64,000 nt of DNA from assembly GCA_046726415.1 (NCBI GenBank), contig JBKPAK010000015.1:1-64000 (forward strand). The letters run 5' to 3'. The notes under the pieces are model-generated. The model was not told the origin of the DNA. It saw nothing but the letters and a program-made list of their open reading frames with translations, and did no database searches. This document shows, piece after piece, positions 20,531-30,156 of this stretch (position 1 is its first letter; every line of letters starts with the position of its first letter). This DNA is from Candidatus Methylomirabilota bacterium (lineage in GTDB: Bacteria > Methylomirabilota > Methylomirabilia > Rokubacteriales > CSP1-6). The position numbers and the translations under genes were made by a program.

Positions 20531-21675
20531 CGCAGGCCGAGCCCCCGGGCGATGATGCCGCGGAGCACCTCGCGGGTTCCGCCCCGGAGCGAGAACGATG
20601 GCGCATGCTGGGTGAGATAGGCGAGCACCCGCGAGAGCTGGGTGCCCGCGGCGACCGTCGGCTCCAGACCGAGCAACGCGTGTGCGATCTCGGGCACCGA
20701 CTGCTCGAACGTAGTGCCGACGTCCTTCACCACCGCCGCCTCGAGGTTGGGATTCTCACCGGCCTGCAGCATGGCCGCCACCGAGAGCGACATCTGGCGC
20801 AAGGTGGCCAGCTGGGCGGTCAGGCGCCCGACGGTCTCCGCCGCGCGCTCCGAGGGGTCTTTCCCCACCTCCCGAATCAACTCGACGATCAACGCCATGC
20901 TGCTGAGATAGCGCTCAGGCCCGCTGCGCTCGAAGGCCAGCTCGTTCGTCACCTGCTTCCAGCCGGCCCCCTCCTCGCCCACCCGCATGCCTTCGGGGAC
21001 GAAGGCGTCCTGAAAGACGACCTCGTTGAAGTGGTGCTGACCCGTCAAATCGATGATGGGGCTCATGGTGATCCCCGGCGTCTTCGTGTCCACCAGGAAC
21101 TGGGAGAGCCCGGCGTGCTTGTCAGCAGGATCCACGTGGGTGCGGAGGGTGGCGATCATGTAGTCCGCGAGGTGCGCGTTGCTGGTCCAGACTTTCGTTC
21201 CGTTGACCCGGTAGCCGCCCGAGACTTTCTCAGCGCGCGTGCGGAGCGAGGCGAGATCAGAGCCGGAGTCGGGCTCGCTCATCCCGATGGCGAACGCCAG
21301 CTCGCCGCGCGCGATGCGCGGCAGGAAGCGCTGGCGCTGCTCCTCCGTGCCAAACCGCAGCAGCGTGGGTCCGCTCTGGCGGTCGGCGATCCAATGGGCC
21401 GACACCGGCGCCCCCGCGGCCAGCATCTCCTCCATGACCACGTAGCGCTCCAGCGCGCTGCGCTCGTGGCCGCCATACTTCTTCGGCCAGGTCAGGCCGA
21501 TCCAGCCCCGCGCACCCACTTTGCGCGAGAACGCGCGGTCGAAACCGCCCCACGAGGGGGCGCGGTCGAGTGCGGCGCGGTCGCCGAGCTCCTGGCGGAG
21601 GAACGCTCTGACCTCTCTGCGCAAGGTCTCCGCCTCAGGCGGGAGATCGTGCAGCTCGAAGTGAAACGTCGCCAT
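20527..21675 (-). CDS. Acyl-CoA dehydrogenase
   Basis: GMSEPDSGSDLASLRT, NGTKVWTS, LAFERSG, SLRGGTREVLR. Confidence 0.92.
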   Translation of the reverse strand: MATFHFELHDLPPEAETLRREVRAFLRQELGDRAALDRAPSWGGFDRAFSRKVGARGWIGLTWPKKYGGHERSALERYVVMEEMLAAGAPVSAHWIADRQSGPTLLRFGTEEQRQRFLPRIARGELAFAIGMSEPDSGSDLASLRTRAEKVSGGYRVNGTKVWTSNAHLADYMIATLRTHVDPADKHAGLSQFLVDTKTPGITMSPIIDLTGQHHFNEVVFQDAFVPEGMRVGEEGAGWKQVTNELAFERSGPERYLSSMALIVELIREVGKDPSERAAETVGRLTAQLATLRQMSLSVAAMLQAGENPNLEAAVVKDVGTTFEQSVPEIAHALLGLEPTVAAGTQLSRVLAYLTQHAPSFSLRGGTREVLRGIIARGLGLR

Positions 21676-21676
21676 G

Positions 21677-22063
21677 CTAGTCGTACCTTTCCGGCTTGCG
21701 CAGCTCGACGAAGAGTCCATGCGCCTCGCGTGGATGCACCCATGCGATCTCTCCGCGCTGGTCCACCCTCGCCCCCTGTTCGCGCAGGCGCGCCACCGCG
21801 CCCGGGATGTCCTGGCAGTCGAAGCCGACGAGGTACACCCCCTCGCCATGCTTTTCCAGAAACTTTCCCACCGGCTTGGTAGGATCGGTGGGCTCCAGGA
21901 ACTCGATGTGGCCGCGGCCCAGTGGCAGGATGGCGTTCTTGAACCCGAATTCCTTCGACCCTCCGCGGTGATGCACCTTCACTCCGAAGAGCTTCGCGTA
22001 GCGCTCGATGGCCGCGTCGATGTCGCGCACGACCACGGACAGCTCGATGACGTCTCCCAGCAT
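21677..22063 (-). CDS. VOC/glyoxalase family protein (methylmalonyl-CoA epimerase-like)
   Basis: VVVRDIDAA, IEFLEP, KFLEKHGEGVY, HPREAHGLFVEL. Confidence 0.82.
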   Translation of the reverse strand: MLGDVIELSVVVRDIDAAIERYAKLFGVKVHHRGGSKEFGFKNAILPLGRGHIEFLEPTDPTKPVGKFLEKHGEGVYLVGFDCQDIPGAVARLREQGARVDQRGEIAWVHPREAHGLFVELRKPERYD

Positions 22064-22119
22064 GATGGGCCTCCTAGCCCGGCCGCAGGTCTGCAGCCCA
22101 GCACCGGGGAGCATATCAC

Positions 22120-22241
22120 TCGTATGCTCGCCTCGGACGGCGGGACCCCAGCCCCGCGACGTCCTGCAGCTCGCGCGGCTATCGTATGCTCGCCTCGGAC
22201 GGCGGGACCCCAGCCCCGCGACGTCCCGCAGCTCCCGCGGC
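22120..22241 (+). repeat. Tandem direct repeat, 2 x 60 bp (62-bp period)
   Basis: TCGTATGCTCGCCTCGGACGGCGGGACCCCAGCCCCGCGACGTCC... at 22120-22179 and 22182-22241; 2 mismatches. Confidence 0.9.
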
Positions 22242-22273
22242 AGTCAACCGCAGTCTCGGGGAGGAAATGGCGA

Positions 22274-23284
22274 ATGGGTGAGAAGCGGTGGGCGCTGTCG
22301 GTGCCACTGGATGGGTTCACGCTGCCCGAGCATACGGAGATCGCGCGCGACGCGGAGCGCCTGGGCTACACCGACGCCTGGTCGTTCGAGGTGGACGGCG
22401 TGGATGGCTTCTCACCGCTCGCCGTAGTCGGCATAGCCACCGGGATGCGGGTCGGCATCGCCATCGCCAACGTCTTCACCCGCGGCCCCGCCACGATGGC
22501 CATCACGGCCGCCGGAATCGCCGAGATCGCGCCCGGCCGCTTTTGTCTCGGCGTCGGCGCGGGGTCCGAGCCCATCGTGGAGGCCTGGAACAGCGGCCGC
22601 TTCGAGCGGCCAGCCCAGCGCGTCCGGGAGATGGTGCAGTTTCTCCGGCTGGCCCTGGCCGGAGAGCGCGTGGTCTTTCAGGGCGAGACGTTGGCGGTGG
22701 ACGGTTTCCGGCTGAGCCGGCCGCTCGCGCACTCGGTTCCCATTCACGTGGCGGCGCTGCGACCCGGCATGCTCCGGATCGCCGGGGAACTCGGCGACGG
22801 GGCTGTCCTCAACTGGCTGTCGGCCGACGACGTGCCGCAATCGGTCGCCGTGGTGCGCGAGGCCGCGTCCCGGGCCGGCCGCGATCCGAAGACCGTGGAG
22901 ATCACCGCGCGTCTGCTGGTGAACCTCGACCCTCCCGGTGACGCCGCCGATACCGGGGTCCGCCGGCAGGTCACTGCCTACTTGAACGTGCCCGTCTATC
23001 GGGCCTTCCACGAATGGCTGGGGCGCGGGCGGCTGCTCCAACCGATGTGGGATGCCTGGGAGCGGGGCGACCGCAGGGCCGCCGTGGCCGCGGTACCTCC
23101 GGAGGTCGCGCATACCTTGATCCTCCGCGGTTCCATGGACGACATCCGCGCTCGTATCGAGCGCTACTTCGCCGCGGGGGTCGATACGGCGTTCCTGCAA
23201 TTTTCGACGTCGGCGCTCGATACGTCGAGCCGGCGTGCGCGTATCCTCGAAGCCATCCGCGCGCTGGCGCCGAGCGCACCCTGA
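22274..23284 (+). CDS. LLM-class flavin- or F420-dependent oxidoreductase
   Basis: GYTDAWSFE, IANVFTRGP, GRFCLGVG, IHVAALRPGMLRIAGELGDG. Confidence 0.88.
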   Translation: MGEKRWALSVPLDGFTLPEHTEIARDAERLGYTDAWSFEVDGVDGFSPLAVVGIATGMRVGIAIANVFTRGPATMAITAAGIAEIAPGRFCLGVGAGSEPIVEAWNSGRFERPAQRVREMVQFLRLALAGERVVFQGETLAVDGFRLSRPLAHSVPIHVAALRPGMLRIAGELGDGAVLNWLSADDVPQSVAVVREAASRAGRDPKTVEITARLLVNLDPPGDAADTGVRRQVTAYLNVPVYRAFHEWLGRGRLLQPMWDAWERGDRRAAVAAVPPEVAHTLILRGSMDDIRARIERYFAAGVDTAFLQFSTSALDTSSRRARILEAIRALAPSAP

Positions 23285-23307
23285 CCAGTCCGCAAGAGGA
23301 GGATGCG

Positions 23308-24762
23308 ATGCGTGAGGTTCCCTTTCGCTCGGCGAAGCAGCTGGCCACGGAGATTCGCCGCAAGAAGATCGGTTGCCTGGAACTGCTCGACCTCTACCTG
23401 GCGCGGGTCGAGAGGTACAATCCGAAGCTCAACGCCATCATCGCCACCGATCTCGACGGCGCGCGCAAGCGCGCGCGGGCGGCCGACCGGGCGCTGGTCA
23501 AGGGCGAGCCGTGGGGACCGCTGCACGGCGTGCCCATGACCATCAAGGAGTCGTACGACGTGGTGGGCCTGCCGACCACGTGGGGCGTGCCCGCGCTGCG
23601 CGAGAACTATCCAGCGCGAAATGCCCTCGCCGTCGATCGGCTGCTCGCCGCCGGCGTCGTGCTCTTTGGCAAGACCAACGTGCCGCTCTATCTCGCCGAC
23701 TACCAGAGTTACAACGACATCTACGGCACCACCAATAACCCGTGGGACGTCACCCGATCGCCCGGCGGTTCTTCGGGCGGTTCCGCCGCCGCGCTGGCTG
23801 CGGGGTTGACCGGCATCGAGGCGGGCAGCGACATCGGCTCGTCGATCCGCAACCCAGCCCACTACTGTGGCGTGTTCGGCCACAAGCCCACGTACGGTAT
23901 CGTGCCGCCGCGCGGCCAGGCGCTGCCCGGGAAACTCGCTCAGGGGGACATCTCGGTGATCGGCCCGATGTCGCGCAGCGCCGACGACCTCGCCATCGGG
24001 CTCGAGGTGATGGCTGGTGCCGACGAGATCGACGCGGTGGGCTGGCAACTCCGGCTGCCTGCCCCACGACGCAAGGCGCTGCGCGAGTACAGGGTCGCCG
24101 TCATGCTGAGCGACCCGAACGCCGAGGTGGATACCGAGGTCCAGGATCGGGTACAAGCTCTCGCCGACTTCCTGGCCAGGAACAAGGCCAAGGTGAGCGA
24201 CCGGGCGCGGCCCGCCATCGATACTGGCCAGGCGCATCGGGTCTACCTCCAGCTGCTGCGGGCGGCGACGTCGGGACGCCAGACCCAGGAAGAATTCCAG
24301 AAGAACCTCGCCGCCGCGCACTCCCTCGCACCAGACGACGAGAGCTACTACGCGCGCATGGTGCGCGCCAACACCCTCTTCCACCGCGACTGGCTGGCTG
24401 CCAACGAGACGCGCCACCAGCTGCGCTGGAAGTGGGCCGAGTTCTTCAAGGAGTGGGACCTGCTGCTCTGTCCGGTCGCCTCGTCCGCCGCCTTTCCCCA
24501 CGACCACGCGGGAGAGCGCTACGAGCGCACCATCGCCGTCAACGGCAAAATGGTGCTCACCACCGACCAGCTCTTCTGGGCCGGGTACTCGGGCATGGCG
24601 TTTCTGCCGTCGTCGGTGGCCCCAGCCGGCCTCACGCCGGGGGGCTTGCCGGTGGGCGTCCAGATCGTGGGCCCGCAGTACGGCGACCGCGCATGCATCG
24701 CCTTCGCCCAGCTCCTCGAGCGCGAGTACCGGGCCTTCGTGCCGCCGCCCGGCTACGCATGA
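23308..24762 (+). CDS. Amidase (amidase signature family)
   Basis: [32 protein letters not shown]. Confidence 0.93.
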   Translation: MREVPFRSAKQLATEIRRKKIGCLELLDLYLARVERYNPKLNAIIATDLDGARKRARAADRALVKGEPWGPLHGVPMTIKESYDVVGLPTTWGVPALRENYPARNALAVDRLLAAGVVLFGKTNVPLYLADYQSYNDIYGTTNNPWDVTRSPGGSSGGSAAALAAGLTGIEAGSDIGSSIRNPAHYCGVFGHKPTYGIVPPRGQALPGKLAQGDISVIGPMSRSADDLAIGLEVMAGADEIDAVGWQLRLPAPRRKALREYRVAVMLSDPNAEVDTEVQDRVQALADFLARNKAKVSDRARPAIDTGQAHRVYLQLLRAATSGRQTQEEFQKNLAAAHSLAPDDESYYARMVRANTLFHRDWLAANETRHQLRWKWAEFFKEWDLLLCPVASSAAFPHDHAGERYERTIAVNGKMVLTTDQLFWAGYSGMAFLPSSVAPAGLTPGGLPVGVQIVGPQYGDRACIAFAQLLEREYRAFVPPPGYA

Positions 24763-25211
24763 GCCAGGCGATCGTCCGTCTCTACCGGCCTGAGGACTTC
24801 GATCCGGTCAACGACTTGTGGCGCCGTGCCCGCGTGCAGGCCTTGCCCGAGTTCCAGGCGCGCATGGGGCACACCGCCGAGGAGGACCGCGCCTATTTCC
24901 GCACGGTGGTGCTGGTCAAGAACGACGTGTGGGTCGCTGAGCTGGGCGGGCGGCCGGCCGGCTTCATGGCCATTGCCTGTGATTTCATCGACCAGCTCTA
25001 CGTTGACCCGGATCATCAGCGCCGAGGCATCGGGCATACGCTGCTCGCGCACGCCAAGCAGCTCTCACCGTCCGGCCTGCGACTGTTCACCTTGCAGATC
25101 AACGCGAATGGCCGCGCCTTCTATGAGAAGGAGGGCTTCGCGGTGGTGAAGTTCGGCGTCAGCCTGCCGCCGGAGTCCGAACCGGACGTGGAGTATCGCT
25201 GGCCAGCGTGA
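24759..25211 (+). CDS. GNAT acetyltransferase
   Basis: QLYVDPDHQRRGIG, NGRAFYEKEGF; ATGA overlap with the amidase. Confidence 0.88.
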   Translation: MSQAIVRLYRPEDFDPVNDLWRRARVQALPEFQARMGHTAEEDRAYFRTVVLVKNDVWVAELGGRPAGFMAIACDFIDQLYVDPDHQRRGIGHTLLAHAKQLSPSGLRLFTLQINANGRAFYEKEGFAVVKFGVSLPPESEPDVEYRWPA

Positions 25212-25271
25212 GGGAGTGGAGATCCCAGGGGCCCCACCTGCGCCGCGACGAGGACGATGCTGCCGGCCATA

Positions 25272-26381
25272 TCAGGAGAGCACGGCTGTCTTTCGGCGTT
25301 CGATAAGCGCGAAGTCGATGGCGGCGCCCAGGCCGGGTTCATTCATGGCGTGCACCATGCCCTGCGCGTCCACCTCGATGTCTTGGGCCAGCCCGTACTT
25401 CTGGGCGCCCGCGGGCAGCAGCACCTCGAAGAACTCGCAGTTCTTGATGGCCATGATGACGTGGACATTCGCCACGTTGTTAACGGAATTGCCGCCGTGG
25501 TGCAGCTCGAAATTCATGTGGAAGGCTTCGGCGAGATGCGCCGTCTTCACCAGCGGCGTGATCCCGCCCTTTACCGCCACGTCGCCGCGCAGGTAGTCGG
25601 TGGCGCGCGCGGTCAGCCAGGGGGCGTAGGCGGTGAAGCCGCCCGGAGTGTACTCGGTGGCCAAGATCGGGATGTGGAGTTGCTGCTTGAGCTTCACGTA
25701 GTTGTAGAGATCGTCGTCGGCCAAGGGATCCTCGTACCAGTGAAAGCCCAGCTCCTGGACGGCCTGGCCCACGCGCAGAGCCTCCGGGTACTGATAGGCC
25801 CACGTCGAGTCGAGCATCACGGTGAAGCCGTCGCCCACCGCCGCCCGCACCGCCTGGCACACTTCGATGTCCACCTTGGGATCGGTGGGTGGATGGATCT
25901 TATAGGCCGTCCAACCCTGCGACTTGAAGCGCACCGCCTCGTCGGCGTAGGCCTCCTTCGAGGCCAGCACGGCCGAGCTGGCATAGGCCGGCACGCGATC
26001 GCGATAGGAGCCGAGGAGCTTGTGGATGGGCAATCCGGCCACCTTGCCGGCGATGTCCCAGAGCGCGACGTCCATGGCGCCGATGGCGCGGAATGTCGTG
26101 TTGCGGTGGCGCGACCACAGCGCCTGCCAGAGGCGCTCGCGATCCAGCGGATCCTGCGCCATCACCATCGGCTTCAAATAGTGGATCAGCGAGGCGCCGT
26201 CGAACTCGGCGCTGCGCATGGCCGAGCCGAGGAAGGCGTGCCCTTCCATGCCGGCGTCGGTGACCACACGGAGGAGGCCGAGCTGGCTTTGCCCCCCGAA
26301 CTTGCCGGTGTGGGTGCCGTACCGGGTGGCCGGGATGTCGCTCCAGGAGAACAGTGTGAGAGTGACGTCAGTGATCTTCAT
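25272..26381 (-). CDS. Mandelate racemase/muconate-lactonizing (enolase superfamily) enzyme
   Basis: DVALWDIAGK, YKIHPP, MLDS, WYEDP, ATE, KGGIT. Confidence 0.9.
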   Translation of the reverse strand: MKITDVTLTLFSWSDIPATRYGTHTGKFGGQSQLGLLRVVTDAGMEGHAFLGSAMRSAEFDGASLIHYLKPMVMAQDPLDRERLWQALWSRHRNTTFRAIGAMDVALWDIAGKVAGLPIHKLLGSYRDRVPAYASSAVLASKEAYADEAVRFKSQGWTAYKIHPPTDPKVDIEVCQAVRAAVGDGFTVMLDSTWAYQYPEALRVGQAVQELGFHWYEDPLADDDLYNYVKLKQQLHIPILATEYTPGGFTAYAPWLTARATDYLRGDVAVKGGITPLVKTAHLAEAFHMNFELHHGGNSVNNVANVHVIMAIKNCEFFEVLLPAGAQKYGLAQDIEVDAQGMVHAMNEPGLGAAIDFALIERRKTAVLS

Positions 26382-26797
26382 ACGTCGATGCGCTCCTCGG
26401 CGATGGGCTTCCGCGCCGTCATGTTGAAGCGGCCGTCATAGATCGGGCGACCGCCGGTGGTCGGTCCCGGGTACTGCACGAAGAGCATGAGTCCCCCCGT
26501 CTGCGTGGACAGCGCCGCTTCGAAGTGCGGATCGGGGTAGAAGAGCATCGTCCCCGGCCCGTACATCGCGCCGCCGATCTCGAACTGGCCTTTCAGGATG
26601 TACCAGACCTGGGCGAAGTCATGCTGGTGGTACGGGTGATGGGAGCCCGGCTCGTAGCGCACGAGCCCGGCATTGGGCTCGGTGGGGCGCTCCGGGCGCG
26701 GATGGAAGAGCATCTTGCTCCATTGTCCGGGCCAGCGCAGCGTTTCCCAGGGACGGTTGTCGACGTGGACGGCCTCGCACGGTTGATGTTGGTTCAT
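26378..26797 (-). CDS. Cupin-domain protein (ChrR-like)
   Basis: YEPGSHHPYHQHDFAQVWYIL..PDPHFE; GAGGAGG RBS. Confidence 0.8.
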   Translation of the reverse strand: MNQHQPCEAVHVDNRPWETLRWPGQWSKMLFHPRPERPTEPNAGLVRYEPGSHHPYHQHDFAQVWYILKGQFEIGGAMYGPGTMLFYPDPHFEAALSTQTGGLMLFVQYPGPTTGGRPIYDGRFNMTARKPIAEERIDV

Positions 26798-26890
26798 GGT
26801 GGACCTCCTCACGGCTGGGCAGACTACCGCAGCCATCTCACCTCGACAAGGTTCGGCTAGTATGCTCGCAATGTTCGGATGGAGGGGGCG

Positions 26891-27610
26891 ATGAGCAGAC
26901 TCGACGGCAAGGTGGCGATCATCACGGGCGGGGCAGGCGCTCTGGGCGGAGCCGTGGTGTCGACCCTTCTGGAGGAGGGCGCCGCCGTCGTCGTCCCCCA
27001 CCAGTTCAGCGGAGACCTCGAGAAGCTCCGCGAGCGCGCGCGCATTCCCGCCTCGGCCACCCTGAGCGGCGCCCTCCTGGAGTTGACCGACGAGCACGCC
27101 GTCACTCGCTATTACGGGGAGATCGCGCGGCAGCACTCTGGCGTCGACATCCTCGTGAACCTCGCGGGTGGCTTCGCGGGAGGCACGCCCGTCCACGAAA
27201 CCCCGTGGTCGCTGTGGCAGCAGCAGCTCGACACGAATCTGAAGACGGCCGTGCTTTCGTGCGCGGCGGCGGTGCCGCACATGCTGGCGCGCGGCGGCGG
27301 CGCCATCGTCAACGTGAGCACGCGCACGGCCACCCAGCCCGGGGCCAACCTCGCCGCGTACGCCGCCGCGAAGCGCGCCGTGCTCCAGCTCACGGAAGCG
27401 CTCGCCGCCGAGCTGCGCGAGAAGAACGTCACCGCCAATGCCATCATGCCGAGCGTGATCGACACCCCGACCAATCGCCAGGGCGATCCGCGCGGAGACT
27501 ACAGCCGGTGGGTCAGGCCCGAGGAGATCGCGCGCGTCATCCTGTTCCTGGTCGGTTCCGACGCGCGCATCATCAGTGGCGCGGCCATTCCCCTCTACGG
27601 TAGGGCCTGA
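26891..27610 (+). CDS. Short-chain dehydrogenase/reductase
   Basis: TGGAGALG, NLAG, YAAAK. Confidence 0.9.
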   Translation: MSRLDGKVAIITGGAGALGGAVVSTLLEEGAAVVVPHQFSGDLEKLRERARIPASATLSGALLELTDEHAVTRYYGEIARQHSGVDILVNLAGGFAGGTPVHETPWSLWQQQLDTNLKTAVLSCAAAVPHMLARGGGAIVNVSTRTATQPGANLAAYAAAKRAVLQLTEALAAELREKNVTANAIMPSVIDTPTNRQGDPRGDYSRWVRPEEIARVILFLVGSDARIISGAAIPLYGRA

Positions 27611-27724
27611 CCGCGGCGACGAACGCGCGGGGGACGACCGCCGAGGATGTCGCCCGCCTGGACGAGCGGCTGCGGTGCGGGCGGCCGCTCGGTGGACCGC
27701 CAGGCCCGGCGCGGTCAGCCCGCG

Positions 27725-28588
27725 CTACCACTCGAAGTCGTAACGGCGGCGCATGAGCTCGAGATACTCGGAGTCCGGCATGGCGCGTCCGGTGGCGACG
27801 TACTCTTCATCGGTCAGGCGCTGCCGGCCAGCCGTGAGGCGCCTAGCGTCCTCCCCCACCAGGTAGCGCAGTTTCGGTTGCGCGGTGGTGACTGCCTCGT
27901 AGATGACCTCGGCCACGTCAGACGGTTGGCTCGGCATCTTCATCTGCATCTGGTAGAAGAGCAGGAGCCGGTGCACGTGAGCGGCGTAGGGCGAGGCGGG
28001 ATCGGCGAACCGCTGGGCCTTGGTGAAAATCGGCGTCACCACGACGCCGGGCTCGATGATGACCACCCGGATCCCGAAGTCCAGGACTTCCTGGGCCAGC
28101 GCCTCGCTCATCGCCTCCAGGGCATGCTTCACCGCGGAGTAGTGACCATGGCCGGCGACGGCCAGCCGGCCGGCGATGGAGCTGACGTTCACGATGGCCC
28201 CGCAGCGGCGCTCGCGCATGCCGGGAAGCACGGCCTGGATCGTGCGGATCGCGCCGAAGTAATTCGTCTCGAACAGGCCTCTGGCCCAGTCGACGGGCAC
28301 CTCCTCGATGGGACCGCCCCCGCCGATTCCCGCGTTGTTGACGAGGACGTCGACTCGGCCCGCTCGATCGAGGATTTCGCCGACGCCGCGCGCGACTGAT
28401 GCGGGGTCGTTCACGTCGAGCACGACCGGATAGATCGGAAGCTTCTCCGCATCGATGGCCTGCGTCAACTCGGCCGCCGTGGCCAGGGTGCGGACGCCGG
28501 CCTGAACGTCGTGGCCAAGCCGGGCAAAGTGAAGCGCCGTGGCGAGACCGATCCCGCTGCTACTGCCGGTGACGAGAACCACGGGCAT
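27725..28588 (-). CDS. Short-chain dehydrogenase/reductase
   Basis: TGSSSGIG, NNAG, YSAVK, IEPG. Confidence 0.9.
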   Translation of the reverse strand: MPVVLVTGSSSGIGLATALHFARLGHDVQAGVRTLATAAELTQAIDAEKLPIYPVVLDVNDPASVARGVGEILDRAGRVDVLVNNAGIGGGGPIEEVPVDWARGLFETNYFGAIRTIQAVLPGMRERRCGAIVNVSSIAGRLAVAGHGHYSAVKHALEAMSEALAQEVLDFGIRVVIIEPGVVVTPIFTKAQRFADPASPYAAHVHRLLLFYQMQMKMPSQPSDVAEVIYEAVTTAQPKLRYLVGEDARRLTAGRQRLTDEEYVATGRAMPDSEYLELMRRRYDFEW

Positions 28589-28635
28589 GAAAACACCCCC
28601 TCGTGAGGGACCACCATCGGATGCTCCCCCTCGGT

Positions 28636-29745
28636 CTAGCGGATACGGTATCGCCGGACCATCGCCTCGTCGAGGACCAGGCCGAAGCCGGGATCCGGAG
28701 CGACGTCCATCATCCCATCCTTGATGGCCGGCCGGTTCGCCCACATCGCCTGCCATACCGGATCGCGCTCGGGATCGGCAAAGCACTCGACGCAGGTGCC
28801 GTGCGGCACCCCCGCCATCAGGTGCTGAGCGATCTGCGGTTCCTCGTGATGGGCCATCTGCACTCCGGCCGTGCCGCACAGCGCGGCCGCCCTGCGCCAC
28901 TCGGTGACCCCGCCACCTTCGGAGGCGTCGAAGTTCACGAGATCGACGGCGCGAGCCTCGACCAGTCGCCGCACGGCGTGGCTGGTGATCTCGCACTGGC
29001 CGGCGGTGATGGGAAGGCGCGTGGCCTGGCGCATCCGCGCCATCATCGCCACGTCGTCGTACCAGTGACAGGGCTCCTCGAACCAGCGGATCTCCAGATG
29101 CTCGACCAGCCGCGCGAAGCGGACGGCGTCGGTGACCGACCAGCCGCGGTTGGCATCCACTGCCAGGATGAAGTCTGCCCCGGCCGCATGGCGTGCCGCT
29201 TCCACGCGCTTGGCATCCGCTTCCGGCGTCAGTCCGCCGACTTTGAATTTGCATCCCGCCATTCCAGCCTGCCGGTATGCCTCCATCTCGCGACCGATGT
29301 CCCCGAGCGTCTTGCCGTCCATGTAATAGCCGCCGATGGAGATGATGGGCAGGCGATGGCGGTAGCCGCCCAGCAGCGAACACACGCTCTTGCCCAGGGC
29401 CTTGCCCACCACGTCCCAGAGCGCGCAATCGACACAGGCGATGGCTTCCATCAGCGTCTTGCGATTCCGGCTCGCGTGGGTGAGCGCGAACAGGCTCTCC
29501 CAGACGCGCTCTCCCTCGAAGAGGCTCATGCCCTTGACGCGCGGGGCAAGCTCCTCCTGGATCAGCCGTACGATCTCACGGCCGTCCTCGCGATTGTCGC
29601 CGTTGTAGACCTCGCTGACCAGGCCCTCGTCGGTGCGCAACCGGGTGATCACCGTGCATCGTTTGAGGACGGCGTAGGTGCTGCCGCCGAAGTTCTTTTT
29701 CAGGGGAATTTCGACGGGAATGGCCTCGATGCTATGGATCCGCAT
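28636..29745 (-). CDS. Mandelate racemase-family enzyme
   Basis: DCALWDVVGK, KFKVG (KxK), VDAN, WFEEP, GGVTEW. Confidence 0.9.
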   Translation of the reverse strand: MRIHSIEAIPVEIPLKKNFGGSTYAVLKRCTVITRLRTDEGLVSEVYNGDNREDGREIVRLIQEELAPRVKGMSLFEGERVWESLFALTHASRNRKTLMEAIACVDCALWDVVGKALGKSVCSLLGGYRHRLPIISIGGYYMDGKTLGDIGREMEAYRQAGMAGCKFKVGGLTPEADAKRVEAARHAAGADFILAVDANRGWSVTDAVRFARLVEHLEIRWFEEPCHWYDDVAMMARMRQATRLPITAGQCEITSHAVRRLVEARAVDLVNFDASEGGGVTEWRRAAALCGTAGVQMAHHEEPQIAQHLMAGVPHGTCVECFADPERDPVWQAMWANRPAIKDGMMDVAPDPGFGLVLDEAMVRRYRIR

Positions 29746-29982
29746 TCGCCCTCTCCGCCATGTCGCCCTCCGTCGCAATGGTCGCGCGGAGTGTAGCAGG
29801 CCGTCGGCCCACCATCCAGCAGGCGCCGGAGCGCCCTGGGCTTCACTCTTCGCCATCCTGGATCGCTCCACCGCGGATGCTGACCGGGCCCAGGCCCTTG
29901 ACAGCACTTCGGGCGACCTGTATCAGCAACGCATGCTGGCCCGACCCGGCGGCTCCCTCGACGGCGAGGGGATCCCGAGGGC

Positions 29983-30135
29983 ATGGCCCCTCTCTTCTTC
30001 TACCGGCAAGACGGCGACCGAGGGGGCGCCGGGCCGCCGCAGGATCTCAAGGGCTTCCTCACCAACGATTTGATCGACTACTGCAGCTGCCGCGACAAGG
30101 AGCGCATCCGGAAGATGGCGCGCCACTGGACGTAG
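29983..30135 (+). other. Small 50-aa ORF or gene remnant
   Basis: MAPLFFYRQ..FLTNDLIDYCSCRDKERIRKMARHWT*; tail loosely resembles C-termini of some solute-binding proteins; same frame as the comB 5' part. Confidence 0.25.
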
Positions 30136-30156
30136 CCGGCCCACTTCGACCAGTCG

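Noticed and set aside
19109-20620. 503-aa ORF as an intact gene
   Set aside because: Only the first ~75 codons look protein-like; most of the rest is antisense to an acyl-CoA dehydrogenase.
22120-22241. Direct repeats as a CRISPR array
   Set aside because: Units are 60 bp, separated by only 2 nt, with no unique spacers and no cas genes; the same applies to the 33-bp repeats at 44591-44660.
30133-30135. Pyrrolysine read-through of the in-frame TAG before comB
   Set aside because: Not at a recognisable catalytic position, no pyl genes in view, and the gene has a separate frameshift.
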